Of a stretch of 64,000 nt of DNA, positions 8,093-17,932 are shown one piece after another; positions within the stretch are counted from its first letter, which is position 1; every line of letters begins with the position of its first letter. Both the position numbers and the translations under genes were made by a program. The stretch lies in assembly GCA_964617165.1 (NCBI GenBank), contig CAZTWE010000002.1, positions 3,247 to 67,246 of the forward strand, written 5' to 3'. The DNA is from an uncultured Ruminococcus sp. GTDB lineage: Bacteria > Bacillota > Clostridia > Oscillospirales > CAG-272. Below the pieces are notes generated by a model that was not told where the DNA came from, searched no databases, and saw only the letters and a program-made list of their open reading frames with translations.

Positions 8093-9229
8093 TTATTCCT
8101 GAACCGAGCGAATGATGAGCTCGCCTATCGTTCCGTCATTGCACCATGAGGGAGCATTGACACCGGGAGCCGTTGTCTGCGAGATATTCTCAGCAACAAG
8201 GCGGGCTATAACAGCGCCTGCGTCTATCTTTACCAAAGCACTTACCGTGTCCGCGGTCTCATGACGGGTAACGTCGCGTATGGTGATATTTCCCGCATCA
8301 ATTCCCGTCTCTATCCAGATGATCGGTTGCTTGGCTATAGCGTTCTTTTCCCAATATCTGAAGCAGGTCTCGTCAAGGGGCGTGTTGCTTTTTGAAGCGT
8401 GAACGTGCTCAATAATAATATCGTCAAACCATATACGGGTGTTGGGCCTTGTATTGTGGTGCGAGATAAGCACCGCATTGTGCCTGTAATCTCCGTACAC
8501 TCCGTTGATACGAACGCAGCGCAGATCGTAATCTCCTGCAGAGAGCAGGCGAACGCCCGAGTATCCGTTCGTTGCGCTTACGTTTCGGATATCTACGTTG
8601 ACTATATCACCCTTTGTTACCTCAGCATGAAGCTCGTCTATGGTCGTCAGGGAAACCATATCGTCATTCGTAGTTCCGTGCAGATTTTCTATAACACCGT
8701 CACGAGCAGGGCCGTTGATATGTACACCGTCTGTGGTGCCGAAATGCCAGTTGTAGTCGAAGTAAAGATCACGCACAACGAATCCAACTACGTCAGCTAT
8801 CTGAATACCGTAGCTGACGGGATTGCGAACGGTCATCTTCTCAAGCATTACGTTGTCGATGCGCGCAAAGCGGATTAGCTTACCCTTGAAGAGCTTTGGG
8901 CTGTAAGGCTCGTCCTCGCGGTGTATCGCCTCATATTCACCGTCAAGACCCATGTTGTCACAGTTTCCGTCCCATATACCGCCTATTATTTCAACGTTGC
9001 AGTTTCTGCCGCCTCCGGCAAAATACTCGTTTTCAATAAGTGCGCACTTCGACATGGGTGCGGCAAGAAGCTTTGCTCCGGGTGAAAGCACAAAGCGTGT
9101 ATTGGAACGAATTATAAGCGTGCGGCTGATAAGATAAGTGCCGGGCTTATCTATGGTTACGATACCGCAACCGTCAAGCATCTGCTGAATGGCTTGAGTA
9201 TCGTCGTGTATTCCGTCTCCGTATAACAT
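8093..9229 (-). CDS. right-handed beta-helix glycosidase-like protein (pectate-lyase superfamily / GH28-related)
   Basis: 378 aa with N-terminus YGDGIHDDTQAIQQMLDGCG...TIDKPGTYLISRTLIIRSNTRF and repetitive beta-helix-like segments. RBS AAAGGAGAA. Confidence 0.55.
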   Translation of the reverse strand: MLYGDGIHDDTQAIQQMLDGCGIVTIDKPGTYLISRTLIIRSNTRFVLSPGAKLLAAPMSKCALIENEYFAGGGRNCNVEIIGGIWDGNCDNMGLDGEYEAIHREDEPYSPKLFKGKLIRFARIDNVMLEKMTVRNPVSYGIQIADVVGFVVRDLYFDYNWHFGTTDGVHINGPARDGVIENLHGTTNDDMVSLTTIDELHAEVTKGDIVNVDIRNVSATNGYSGVRLLSAGDYDLRCVRINGVYGDYRHNAVLISHHNTRPNTRIWFDDIIIEHVHASKSNTPLDETCFRYWEKNAIAKQPIIWIETGIDAGNITIRDVTRHETADTVSALVKIDAGAVIARLVAENISQTTAPGVNAPSWCNDGTIGELIIRSVQE

Positions 9230-9633
9230 ACAGTTCTCCTTTTTTTACGTATCATTTTCAGGGCACACGGGATAGTGCCCTATTGATTATATTCGTTTTC
9301 TCACTATTTGTCAATATCGCTGAAAAATATTTTTTTTGCAAGTCACGGATGATTTTGCAAGTTTTCTTCCTGCAAGGCATCAATTTTCTCATTTCAAGGA
9401 TTTTGCATATAAATATATATTGAAGAGAAATTTGAACATCAGATGAAATTCCCGATTATAAAATGCAATAAAAACTGTCAATTTGCTGCAAAATCGATCC
9501 ATATAATTCATTTTATTCACAGTTTTAAAATTCAAAAACGATTTATTTTTTCGTCAAAAGCAACAAAAAATGCACGCTTTAGCTCGAAAAAATTCATAAT
9601 TAGAACAAGATTTTTAACATTTTAGCAAAATGC

Positions 9634-9662
9634 TTGACTTTTTGAAAAAAAACATATATAAT
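9634..9662 (+). promoter_or_regulatory. consensus sigma-A promoter (TTGACT-17 nt-TATAAT)
   Basis: TTGACT at 9634-9639 and TATAAT at 9657-9662 with an exact 17-nt spacer. It is the only strong promoter upstream of the 10020 operon. Confidence 0.7.
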
Positions 9663-10019
9663 ATATTTTATTTAAGAAATACTTGTCTAGTTTTTCAAAA
9701 AATGAAAGGAATATGAGAGCATGAGTTTTGATTTCGCGGGCATTTGCAAGTGCTTTTACATATACCGATCGGTTCCGATACCGCTCCACCGAAAATTATC
9801 ATCCGAATTTTCGGCAGCATACGGACACCGTATACGAAGGGAACGATAGTCTGATACCCTGAATCGGTGCAAGAATATGAAAATTTAATCTGCGGCTCGC
9901 ATCGGGGATTTATCCGCGAAGCTTCGGTGAGGGGCGATGGCAGATATGATATAACCGCGCACAGGGTATCTGTGCAAAACAGAACATAGAGCATTACTTG
10001 CTCGGAAAGGAACACAAAG

Positions 10020-11084
10020 ATGGACGCAAAAAAGCATTTTGAAAGGTATTATTCAAAACTGAGGTTCGAGGCTGTACTCAAATCCGTGCTGTGCGGACTT
10101 ATCGTGGGCTTTGCCGCTAACTTTGTAGCCGCATTCTCCACGTGGTTTACCACTTTCAACGGTGTATGGCTCTCGCTCGGTATTCTTGCTGTTGCTACAG
10201 CTGCTGCGGCTCCGATCTTCTACTTCAAGAAATTCCGCCCGACGGCTATGAGCAACGCGAAGCGTATCGACCGCCTCGGACTTGAGGAGAGAATCATCAC
10301 GATGATCGAGTACGAGGATGACGACTCGCGCATAGCAGAGCTTCAGCGCGCTGATGCAAAGGCTAAGCTCGCAGCAGTCGAGGCATCCAGCATCAAGTTC
10401 AGCGTATCAAGAAAAATACTGATCGCTGTTGCTATCTGTGCTGTTCTCGGCAGTGCCATGACTACGGTAACGGGTCTTAGCGCGGGCGGTATTCTCCCCG
10501 GTGCAGACGAGATAATTCAAGCCATCATCCCCGATGAGCCCGACGTATACGTTTCGGTGTCTTACATCGTTGAGGACGGTGGTGATATCGAGGGAGACGA
10601 AGAGCAGCTCGTTCTTCTCGGCACCGCGGCAGAGCCCATCGAGGCTATTGCTTACGACGGTTACGCATTCAAGGGCTGGGATGACGGTTACAAGAAGCCC
10701 TTCAGATCCGACAAGGTATCAGAGAACGTTGTATACGTTGCAATATTCGAGCCTATAGGAGACGGTGACGGTGAGCCAGGTGATCAGCCCGGAGACGGAG
10801 ACCAGCCCGGAGATCAGCCCGGCAACCCCGGTGAGAACGGCAAGCCCGGCCCCAACGGTGTGCCCGGTGAAAACGGAATGCCCAACCCCGATGCAGAAGA
10901 CGGCAATTCCGATTACGGTGGAGGAAAATACCAGGAGAATAACCAGATCATAGACGGTGAGACCTACTACCGTGAGGTGCTGGAAACGTACAAGGATCTG
11001 CTCACCGAAAGAATGGAGCAGGAGGGTGAAAGCCTTACTCCCGAGGAAAAAGCCATCATCGAGGGCTATATCAACATAGTTTAA
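10020..11084 (+). CDS. membrane protein with a Listeria-Bacteroides (InlB B-type) repeat and a collagen-like Pro/Gly-rich segment
   Basis: Two N-terminal TM helices, a coiled/charged segment and a third TM. Then YVSVSYIVEDGG...AYDGYAFKGWDDGY...VVYVAIFEP (B-repeat), then GDGDGEPGDQPGDGDQPGDQPGNPGENGKPGPNGVPGENG. Confidence 0.6.
   Translation: MDAKKHFERYYSKLRFEAVLKSVLCGLIVGFAANFVAAFSTWFTTFNGVWLSLGILAVATAAAAPIFYFKKFRPTAMSNAKRIDRLGLEERIITMIEYEDDDSRIAELQRADAKAKLAAVEASSIKFSVSRKILIAVAICAVLGSAMTTVTGLSAGGILPGADEIIQAIIPDEPDVYVSVSYIVEDGGDIEGDEEQLVLLGTAAEPIEAIAYDGYAFKGWDDGYKKPFRSDKVSENVVYVAIFEPIGDGDGEPGDQPGDGDQPGDQPGNPGENGKPGPNGVPGENGMPNPDAEDGNSDYGGGKYQENNQIIDGETYYREVLETYKDLLTERMEQEGESLTPEEKAIIEGYINIV
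10749..10919 (+). repeat. imperfect tandem 9-12-nt repeats encoding a GDQP/GxxP collagen-like tract
   Basis: ggtgatcagcccggagacggagaccagcccggagatcagcccggcaaccccggtgagaacggcaagcccggc... Confidence 0.7.
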
Positions 11085-11260
11085 GAAACGGGGCTGCCAC
11101 ATTTCACGGGACGTTAAAATCCAAATTCAAATAAAATCTCAATTTTCATTTGAGACAGCCCGGTGAAAACTCAAAGCATCTTCCGCACGCGGAAGGCAAA
11201 AAATCAAAAGAAAATAAAAAACAAATTTGATAAAAAATCAACAAAGAGAGGCAAACGCTA

Positions 11261-12343
11261 ATGATAACAGAGCAGAACATTCAGAAGTTCAGCAAACAGT
11301 GCAATAACATTTTTGAACAGATCAAGCGCGACGTCATCGGTCAGACCGAGGTAATAGAGGGCGCTGTAATCGCTATGATAGCAGGCGGTAACGTACTGCT
11401 TGAGGGAGTTCCCGGAGTTGGTAAGACCCGTCTTGTAAGATCGCTCGGACGTGTATTCAATCTTCCTTTCTCGAGAATTCAGTTCACCCCCGACCTTATG
11501 CCTGCCGACGTAACAGGTACAAACATCATCACCAAGGATGAGAACGGAAACTCTTCCTTCCAGTTCCAGCCCGGTCCTATTTTCTCAAACATAATACTTG
11601 CCGACGAGATTAACCGTGCTACTCCCAAGACACAGTCTGCGCTTCTTGAGGCGATGCAGGAGCACACCGTAACGGTTATGGGTGTATCGAGAAAGCTCAA
11701 CGAGCCCTTCTTCGTTCTTGCTACCCAGAACCCCATCGAGCAGGACGGTACATATCCCCTCCCCGAGGCACAGATGGACCGTTTCATGTTCAAGATCATC
11801 GTTAACAACCCCTCGCTTGACGAGCTTATGAGCATAGTTGATATGACTCAGAAGACCATGGCAGAGGTTGCTGACTCCGCATGTAACGGTGAGGAGCTTC
11901 TTGAGATGCGTAAGACCGCTAACTCCATTCCCGTTGCTACTGAGGTTATGAGATACGCTATGATGCTCTGCTCCGCTACGCATCCCGACAGCGAGTGCGC
12001 AAGCGAGGCAGCTAAGAAGTACGTTCGTCTCGGTGCTTCTCCCCGTGCAGGTCAGGCTATGATCTCCGCGGCTAAGGTAAAGGCTCTCATGAAGGGTCGC
12101 TACAACGTTTCCTACGAGGATATCAACGAGCTCGCTCTTCCCGTACTCCGCCACCGTATCAAGCTCACGTTTGAAGCTGTTGCAGAGCGCGTTTCGGCAG
12201 ATGAGATCATCAAGATGATCATCAACGAGCTTATAGACAAGACAGGCATCAACGCAGCAAAGATCGCAACCTCTGCTGTTGCCGACAATGCCGATAACGG
12301 CGAAAAGGATACCAAGAAGCGCGGAATGTTTGGGAGAAAATAA
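11261..12343 (+). CDS. MoxR-family AAA+ ATPase
   Basis: Walker A GVPGVGKT, Walker B ILADEINRA and the ATQNPIEQDGTYPLPEAQMDRF motif typical of MoxR/AAA_3. Confidence 0.9.
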   Translation: MITEQNIQKFSKQCNNIFEQIKRDVIGQTEVIEGAVIAMIAGGNVLLEGVPGVGKTRLVRSLGRVFNLPFSRIQFTPDLMPADVTGTNIITKDENGNSSFQFQPGPIFSNIILADEINRATPKTQSALLEAMQEHTVTVMGVSRKLNEPFFVLATQNPIEQDGTYPLPEAQMDRFMFKIIVNNPSLDELMSIVDMTQKTMAEVADSACNGEELLEMRKTANSIPVATEVMRYAMMLCSATHPDSECASEAAKKYVRLGASPRAGQAMISAAKVKALMKGRYNVSYEDINELALPVLRHRIKLTFEAVAERVSADEIIKMIINELIDKTGINAAKIATSAVADNADNGEKDTKKRGMFGRK

Positions 12344-13242
12344 TGAAAGGTTCTTATTTAAACGATGGATTTTTCAGTCGTTTGGAGACCCTCGCTCTTG
12401 AGCTTCGCGCCGACCTCGGCGGCTTCTTCGGAGGTAAGCACCTTGTGCGCACCTACGGACAGACCGTTGAGTTTGCGGACTACCGTGAATACATGCTCGG
12501 CGATGATATCCGCCGTATCGACTGGAATTTGTACAGCCGTTTTGAAAAGTTCTTCCTGAAGTTATTCACAGACGAAAGACAGATGCACACGCAGATCTTT
12601 ATAGACTGCTCGGCATCAATGGGAAAGGATATGCCCGAGAAGGCAAACTATGCCGTCGGCGTTGCCGCAGCTCTCGGCTATCTTTCGGTCCACAACATGG
12701 ATAAAGTATCTTTCAAGCTGGTAAACGGAGAGGTTGCCGAGGACAGCTTCGGCACCATTGTAGGTAAAAAGGCATTCTTCAATGCTATCAGCACGCTTGA
12801 GAACATAGAGTTCGACGGTGAATCCGATATTTGCAAGGCTGTTACGAGCTGCCCTAATCTCGGCTCTAACGACGGTCTTACCGTTATCATCTCGGATTTC
12901 TTCACCGATAGCAACTGGAAAAAGGCAGTGGATTATCTCTGCTATAAGAAGAAGCAGGTCCTTCTCGTTCAGATCATGACCCCCGAGGAGCTCGACCCCT
13001 CGTACAGCGGACGCGTTAATCTTATTGACTCCGAAGCAGGCGGCATGGAGGACCCCAAAAACCTCAAGATAAAAATAAACCGTTCAAACCAGCTCGCATA
13101 CGAGGAGGCTCTGCGCGACATGCATGAGGCGATGCGCTCATTCTGCGCATCACGCGGTGCCGACTTTATCCGTGTAAGCTGTGATCAGCCCCTTGAAAAG
13201 ATGCTGTTCAAAGAATTACTGAAGGTGGGAATAATGGCATGA
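12343..13242 (+). CDS. DUF58 domain protein (VWA-like MoxR partner)
   Basis: FADYREYMLGDDIRRIDWNLYSRFEKFFLKLF signature. The start overlaps the MoxR stop (TAATG). Confidence 0.85.
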   Translation: MKGSYLNDGFFSRLETLALELRADLGGFFGGKHLVRTYGQTVEFADYREYMLGDDIRRIDWNLYSRFEKFFLKLFTDERQMHTQIFIDCSASMGKDMPEKANYAVGVAAALGYLSVHNMDKVSFKLVNGEVAEDSFGTIVGKKAFFNAISTLENIEFDGESDICKAVTSCPNLGSNDGLTVIISDFFTDSNWKKAVDYLCYKKKQVLLVQIMTPEELDPSYSGRVNLIDSEAGGMEDPKNLKIKINRSNQLAYEEALRDMHEAMRSFCASRGADFIRVSCDQPLEKMLFKELLKVGIMA

Positions 13243-15146
13243 GTTGGTTGACACCCTTAGGATTTTTGGGTCTTTTGGGACTTATAGTTCTGATTATAAT
13301 TTACCTTATAAGACCCAACTATCAGAATAAAATAATTTCCAGTACCTTTGTCTGGAAGCTTAGCTTAAAATACAGAAAAAAGAAGATACCCCTCAGCAAG
13401 CTGCGCAATATCATACTTTTCATTTGCCAGGTGCTGATAATTTCGGTTGCGGCTACCATACTCGCTCAGCCTATTATAGAGGCTGACAGAGAAGAGGAGC
13501 TTTCCGAAAAGGTCGTTATTATCGATGCTTCGGCATCAATGCTCACTCTCTCGGGTACAGAGACACGCTTTGAGCGTGCTGTCGGAGAGGTTCGCGCCCT
13601 CGCTGACGAGGTGCTTGATAACGACGGAAAGATATCAGTCATCTTAGCGCACGACACAGCTTCGTTTATCGTGCGTCAGGCAGGTGCGGACTTCAAGTCC
13701 GAGGTACGCCAGGCTCTTGACGATCTTGTCGATCCCGAGCTTGGTCTTGCGTGCACGTACAGCACTCCCGACATCACGGGTGCTATAAGACTTGCAGAGG
13801 AGATCACGGCAGCATCCTCCGACGTTGAGGTGTTGCTCTATTCCGACACTACATATATTGACGATGGCAAGGTTACGGTAAAGAACGACATAATCGATCC
13901 TGCGGATTGGAATGCGGCTATTCTTGACGTAAGAGCCATCGTTGATGAAAACTACTATCGCTTTGAGATAGACGTAGCCTGCTACGGAGATATGGATGCA
14001 GACGTTACCGTAAAATGCGAGATCTCGGGTGTTAACCTGGAAAAATCCACGCTCGATCTTACAGCTGTTGCGCGCTGCACCGACAATGAGACCGTGACTC
14101 TCGTATTCTCGGCAGACCCCGAGGTTGCTTCGGAGATGGTTGACGTGTATTCCTTTGAGAGTATTTATGCGCATATCGATGAGTACGACTCTTTTGAGTA
14201 CGACAACACCTTCTACCTTTACGGTGGAGAGAAGCAGCCGCTTAAAATTCAGTATTACAGTGCGCTCCACAACAACTACTTTGCCAGCGCGCTGATGATA
14301 CTGCGCGACCAGCTTCAGTACCGTTGGAATATTGACATCACAGAGGTCAAGGGAGAAGATGTTCCCGCGCTTGAGGGTTATGACGTTTACATCTTCGAGC
14401 ACATGATCCCCGCAACTCTGCCCACAGACGGTCTTGTTATCCTCGCAAACCCCGATGAAGTACCCTCTAATTCGGGCCTGCGCCTCGGTCAGATCTACAG
14501 TGCATCTCAGCCCATGCCTCTCAGCGAGGGCGATACACATGAGATAATGCGCATGATCAATCCCGAGAACATTGAGATAAGCCAATACACAAAAATAACG
14601 AGCTATGACGGTTACACGCCCCTGCTTTACTGCGGTGCGGACCCCGTATTTATGGTGAAGAACGAGCCTTTCCAGAAGATTGCGGTAATGTCCTTCAGCC
14701 TTAACTACTCAAACCTTCCCGTTATTCTGGAGTTCCCTCTCCTTATGTATAACCTTATCGAATATTACGTTCCCTCTACGGTTACCGAATACGTGTTTGA
14801 TATAAATGAAACTGTGGAGCTCAATTCGAGAAGTGACGAGCTCAGCGTCGTCGGTCCCGGTACCGATCTTGAATTCATAGAATTCCCCGGCGTTGTGCAT
14901 CTTACCACACCCGGTGTTTACACCGTAACTCAAACTCCCATCTCCGGAGAGGAGATCGTAGAGAACTTCTACGTCAAGATTCCTGCTGAGGAAAGTAATA
15001 TCAACAGCCAGGAAGACGTGCTTTTAAATCCCTATTTCGTCGAAAAAGAAGAAATAGAGGACAAGGATCTCTTATTATACTTTGCAATAGCGCTCGTTGC
15101 ACTGCTGTTCATCGAATGGTGGCTGCAAACGCGTGAGCAATTCTAG
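13239..15146 (+). CDS. BatA-type membrane protein: N-terminal double TM, VWA domain, GATase1-like region, C-terminal TM
   Basis: MSWLTPLGFLGLLGLIVLIIIYLIRP N-terminus, MIDAS-like VVIIDASASM and a C-terminal LLLYFAIALVALLFIEWW helix. ATGA overlap with DUF58. Confidence 0.75.
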   Translation: MSWLTPLGFLGLLGLIVLIIIYLIRPNYQNKIISSTFVWKLSLKYRKKKIPLSKLRNIILFICQVLIISVAATILAQPIIEADREEELSEKVVIIDASASMLTLSGTETRFERAVGEVRALADEVLDNDGKISVILAHDTASFIVRQAGADFKSEVRQALDDLVDPELGLACTYSTPDITGAIRLAEEITAASSDVEVLLYSDTTYIDDGKVTVKNDIIDPADWNAAILDVRAIVDENYYRFEIDVACYGDMDADVTVKCEISGVNLEKSTLDLTAVARCTDNETVTLVFSADPEVASEMVDVYSFESIYAHIDEYDSFEYDNTFYLYGGEKQPLKIQYYSALHNNYFASALMILRDQLQYRWNIDITEVKGEDVPALEGYDVYIFEHMIPATLPTDGLVILANPDEVPSNSGLRLGQIYSASQPMPLSEGDTHEIMRMINPENIEISQYTKITSYDGYTPLLYCGADPVFMVKNEPFQKIAVMSFSLNYSNLPVILEFPLLMYNLIEYYVPSTVTEYVFDINETVELNSRSDELSVVGPGTDLEFIEFPGVVHLTTPGVYTVTQTPISGEEIVENFYVKIPAEESNINSQEDVLLNPYFVEKEEIEDKDLLLYFAIALVALLFIEWWLQTREQF

Positions 15147-15160
15147 TTAGGAAAGTAAAA

Positions 15161-17917
15161 ATGACAAACTTTAGTATTAATTTTGCAAACCCCTGGCTTC
15201 TTCTGCTGCTGATACCGGCGGGACTGTTGACACTGATTCCCTATTTCCGCCTGAACAAAAGATATCGCTGCACAAGAAACCGTATCGTTTCGATTGTGCT
15301 ACATTTGATCATTATGGTTCTCTCCATCTCCGTGCTTGCCGGAATAACCTTTGAATACAATCTGCCGAACACCGAAAACGAGGTTCTCCTTCTTGTTGAC
15401 ACCTCGTTCAGCGGTGAAGAGAGCGAGGACGATAAGGACGATTTCATAAAATCGGTCATTGACAACAGTGACTCGATGTTCAAGCTCGGTATAGTTACGT
15501 TCGGATACGATCAGGTATACGCGGTAGAGCTTACCAACGATACGGGAAGTATCTACACCGAATACCTCAAGTCTCCCTCTCCCGATACCAGTGCGACGGA
15601 TATTGCATCCGCATTGCAGTATGCGGCAGGGCTCTTCAGCTCTCCCGAATCTGCAAGAATAGTCCTTATGACCGACGCGGTTGAGACGGACGGTAACGCC
15701 GCAGGCGTTATCAAGTCCATTGCCGCTCAGGGAATAAAGGTCGATACGGTATTCTTCCCCGAGGATAAGGACGGGGATGAGGTGCAGCTCATTAAGATGG
15801 AAAGTCCCAATCAGAAGATCAAGGTCGGTGATAAGTTCTCGATAACGCTGACAGTGCAGAGCTCTTATACAGGCACTGCAACTATCACTCCTTATGACAA
15901 CGATGCTCCCGGTGAAAGCATGGATATAGAGCTCTCCGAGGGCATGCAGACGATACAAATACCCTATATCTTTGCCGTGCCCGGCATGCACAAAATGTCC
16001 TTCGAGCTGACGAGCGACGACGATACACTTACACAAAACAACATATATAATTCTTATATGTACCTTGAGATATTTGAAAAGATACTTGTAATTGAGCGCA
16101 ATGATGCTGAGTCCCAGGCTATCTGCAGAATGCTCAAGGATGAACTCAAGGTCACTGTAGTCAACGTTGCCGACACCGATAAGATGCCCAAAACGGTTGA
16201 CGAACTCAGACAATACGACGAGGTCATACTCTGTAACATTGCAAACAGCGATATGCCCGACGGCTTCGACGAAGTACTTCATTCCTACGTAGCCGATGTA
16301 GGCGGAGGTCTGTTTACCGTTTGCGGTAACGACCAGGAGGCAGCACCCGGTGATGACGGTTGGACCGCTAACGCTTATACCAGAGATGATATGTACGGAA
16401 GTATTTATCAGCAGATGCTCCCCGTTGAGATCATAGACTACACTCCGCCCCTTGCCGTTATGATCATCATCGACCGTTCGGGCTCAATGTACGACCCCGA
16501 GGGCAAAGAGGATTATGAGGATAGTAAGCTTTACTTTGCAAAGTTGGGTGCAATAGAGTGCGTTGAGGCTCTTACCGAAAGAGACTACGTCGGAGTAATG
16601 TCACTCGGTGACGACTATGAGGAGCAGATAGAGCTCACTCCCCGTCCCCAGCGCGATAAGATAATTGCGGCTATCAACGAGCTTTCGGGAATTGACGGAA
16701 GCGAAGGCGGCGGCGGAACTCTGTTCTCCCCCGCGCTCCAGCGTGCAGGTAAGGCACTTTCCGCTATGTCCACCGTTGAAAAGAAGCACATCATCATCGT
16801 AACAGACGGTGAACCCAGCGCAGAGGACGAAGAAAACTACAAATACTGGATGGAAGAGAATGCCAAGCTCGGCATCACCATGTCCATCGTAGGTATTCAG
16901 TGCTCGGTTTCCGGACAGCAGAAGATGGTCTCCATTCTTGAAGACTATGCGGGTATGACCGCTGATAACTTCCACCCCGTTGAAAACCTGCAGTTGGTTG
17001 CTGAGGAAATGAAAATGGATCTTATGCAGCCCGAGATCAAAGACGTAAACTACGAGCCCTTTAGTCCCACTATCACATCCTCAAGCACCGTCACAAACGG
17101 AATTACTCAGGAAGCTATGGATACCATAGAGCTTGAAGGCTTCTACGGTGTGAAACTCAAAGACGGTGCGACATCTATGCTCATGGGTGAATACACGCCC
17201 ATCTATTCTCAGTGGCAGTACGGTAAGGGTACTGTAGGAACGTTTGCCTGCGACCTTGACGGAACGTTCTCCGCAAACCTTATTGACACCGACGTAGGCG
17301 AAACGCTTCTGAACAACATAGTCGTAGCTCTGTTCCCGACAGAAAACATCCGCCCCAAGGAAGTTGAGGCCGAGGTAAGCGGAAACAACTATACAACTCA
17401 GCTCAGCGTATTCACCGATCTCGATGAGGGCGAAACGGTAGAGGTCGTTGTAACGAGTCCTCTTGCGGAGGGCGAGAGCGAGCCTCTTGTGCAGACTCTT
17501 TCCGCAGGACTCGGCGGTGGCTACAGCAGATTTTCCTTTGCAGTAAAGACCCCGGGTATTCATGAAATACTCGTATACAAAAAGGATGCTGAAGGCAACG
17601 TAATCGAGAACAGCGAAACGACCGTTTACAAAGCTCTCTCGTACTCTCAGGAATACAATCTGTTCACCGACCCCGAGGTAGCCGAGGATCTTATAGAGAG
17701 CCTTGCAGCCGACGGAAAGGGCTCGGTGCTCACAGAGCCATGGCAGGTATTTGAAAACGTTGTTAAGTATCTGCACAGATCGATAGACCCCAGAATTCCG
17801 TTTATTATTACAGCACTCGTGCTCTTCTTGCTTGACATTGCCGTTCGTAAGTTCAAGTGGAAGTGGCCTCACGAGATAATCCGCGATAAGAAAGCCCAAG
17901 AGGCACTTTCAAATTAA
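15161..17917 (+). CDS. large membrane protein with a BatA-type N-terminus, two VWA domains, a GATase1-like domain and a C-terminal TM
   Basis: PWLLLLLIPAGLLTLIPYF N-terminus and MIDAS motifs LLLVDTSFSG and MIIIDRSGSM. ILVIERND...YDEVILCNIAN...GGGLFTVCG resembles the DUF1355/GATase1-like fold. C-terminal helix ITALVLFLLDIAV. Confidence 0.75.
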   Translation: MTNFSINFANPWLLLLLIPAGLLTLIPYFRLNKRYRCTRNRIVSIVLHLIIMVLSISVLAGITFEYNLPNTENEVLLLVDTSFSGEESEDDKDDFIKSVIDNSDSMFKLGIVTFGYDQVYAVELTNDTGSIYTEYLKSPSPDTSATDIASALQYAAGLFSSPESARIVLMTDAVETDGNAAGVIKSIAAQGIKVDTVFFPEDKDGDEVQLIKMESPNQKIKVGDKFSITLTVQSSYTGTATITPYDNDAPGESMDIELSEGMQTIQIPYIFAVPGMHKMSFELTSDDDTLTQNNIYNSYMYLEIFEKILVIERNDAESQAICRMLKDELKVTVVNVADTDKMPKTVDELRQYDEVILCNIANSDMPDGFDEVLHSYVADVGGGLFTVCGNDQEAAPGDDGWTANAYTRDDMYGSIYQQMLPVEIIDYTPPLAVMIIIDRSGSMYDPEGKEDYEDSKLYFAKLGAIECVEALTERDYVGVMSLGDDYEEQIELTPRPQRDKIIAAINELSGIDGSEGGGGTLFSPALQRAGKALSAMSTVEKKHIIIVTDGEPSAEDEENYKYWMEENAKLGITMSIVGIQCSVSGQQKMVSILEDYAGMTADNFHPVENLQLVAEEMKMDLMQPEIKDVNYEPFSPTITSSSTVTNGITQEAMDTIELEGFYGVKLKDGATSMLMGEYTPIYSQWQYGKGTVGTFACDLDGTFSANLIDTDVGETLLNNIVVALFPTENIRPKEVEAEVSGNNYTTQLSVFTDLDEGETVEVVVTSPLAEGESEPLVQTLSAGLGGGYSRFSFAVKTPGIHEILVYKKDAEGNVIENSETTVYKALSYSQEYNLFTDPEVAEDLIESLAADGKGSVLTEPWQVFENVVKYLHRSIDPRIPFIITALVLFLLDIAVRKFKWKWPHEIIRDKKAQEALSN

Positions 17918-17932
17918 GCAAAGGAGAAGAAG

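Noticed and set aside
9950-9980. cgcacaggg..ctgtgc, reminiscent of the GCACAGGGC core of c-di-GMP-I (GEMM-I) riboswitches.
   Set aside because: Here the motif simply forms a 6-bp local hairpin (gcacag-ggtat-ctgtgc). The GNRA tetraloop/receptor and the second GEMM helix are not present.
9443-10015. ORFs 9443-9625 (+, 60 aa) and 9695-10015 (-, 106 aa), plus a 43-codon mini-ORF at 9721-9852, in the spacer upstream of the MoxR operon.
   Set aside because: The first is Phe/Lys/Ile-rich translation of AT-rich promoter DNA. The second runs antisense through the leader and has no RBS. The mini-ORF has a weak RBS and a non-protein-like sequence. I treat the whole region as promoter plus non-coding leader instead.
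11085-11260. Hairpin cttccg-cacg-cggaag (about 11177-11193) in the gap between the first operon gene and moxR, considered as an internal terminator.
   Set aside because: It is followed by an A-run, not a U-run, on the coding strand. It is more likely a processing or stability element, and I did not annotate it as a terminator.
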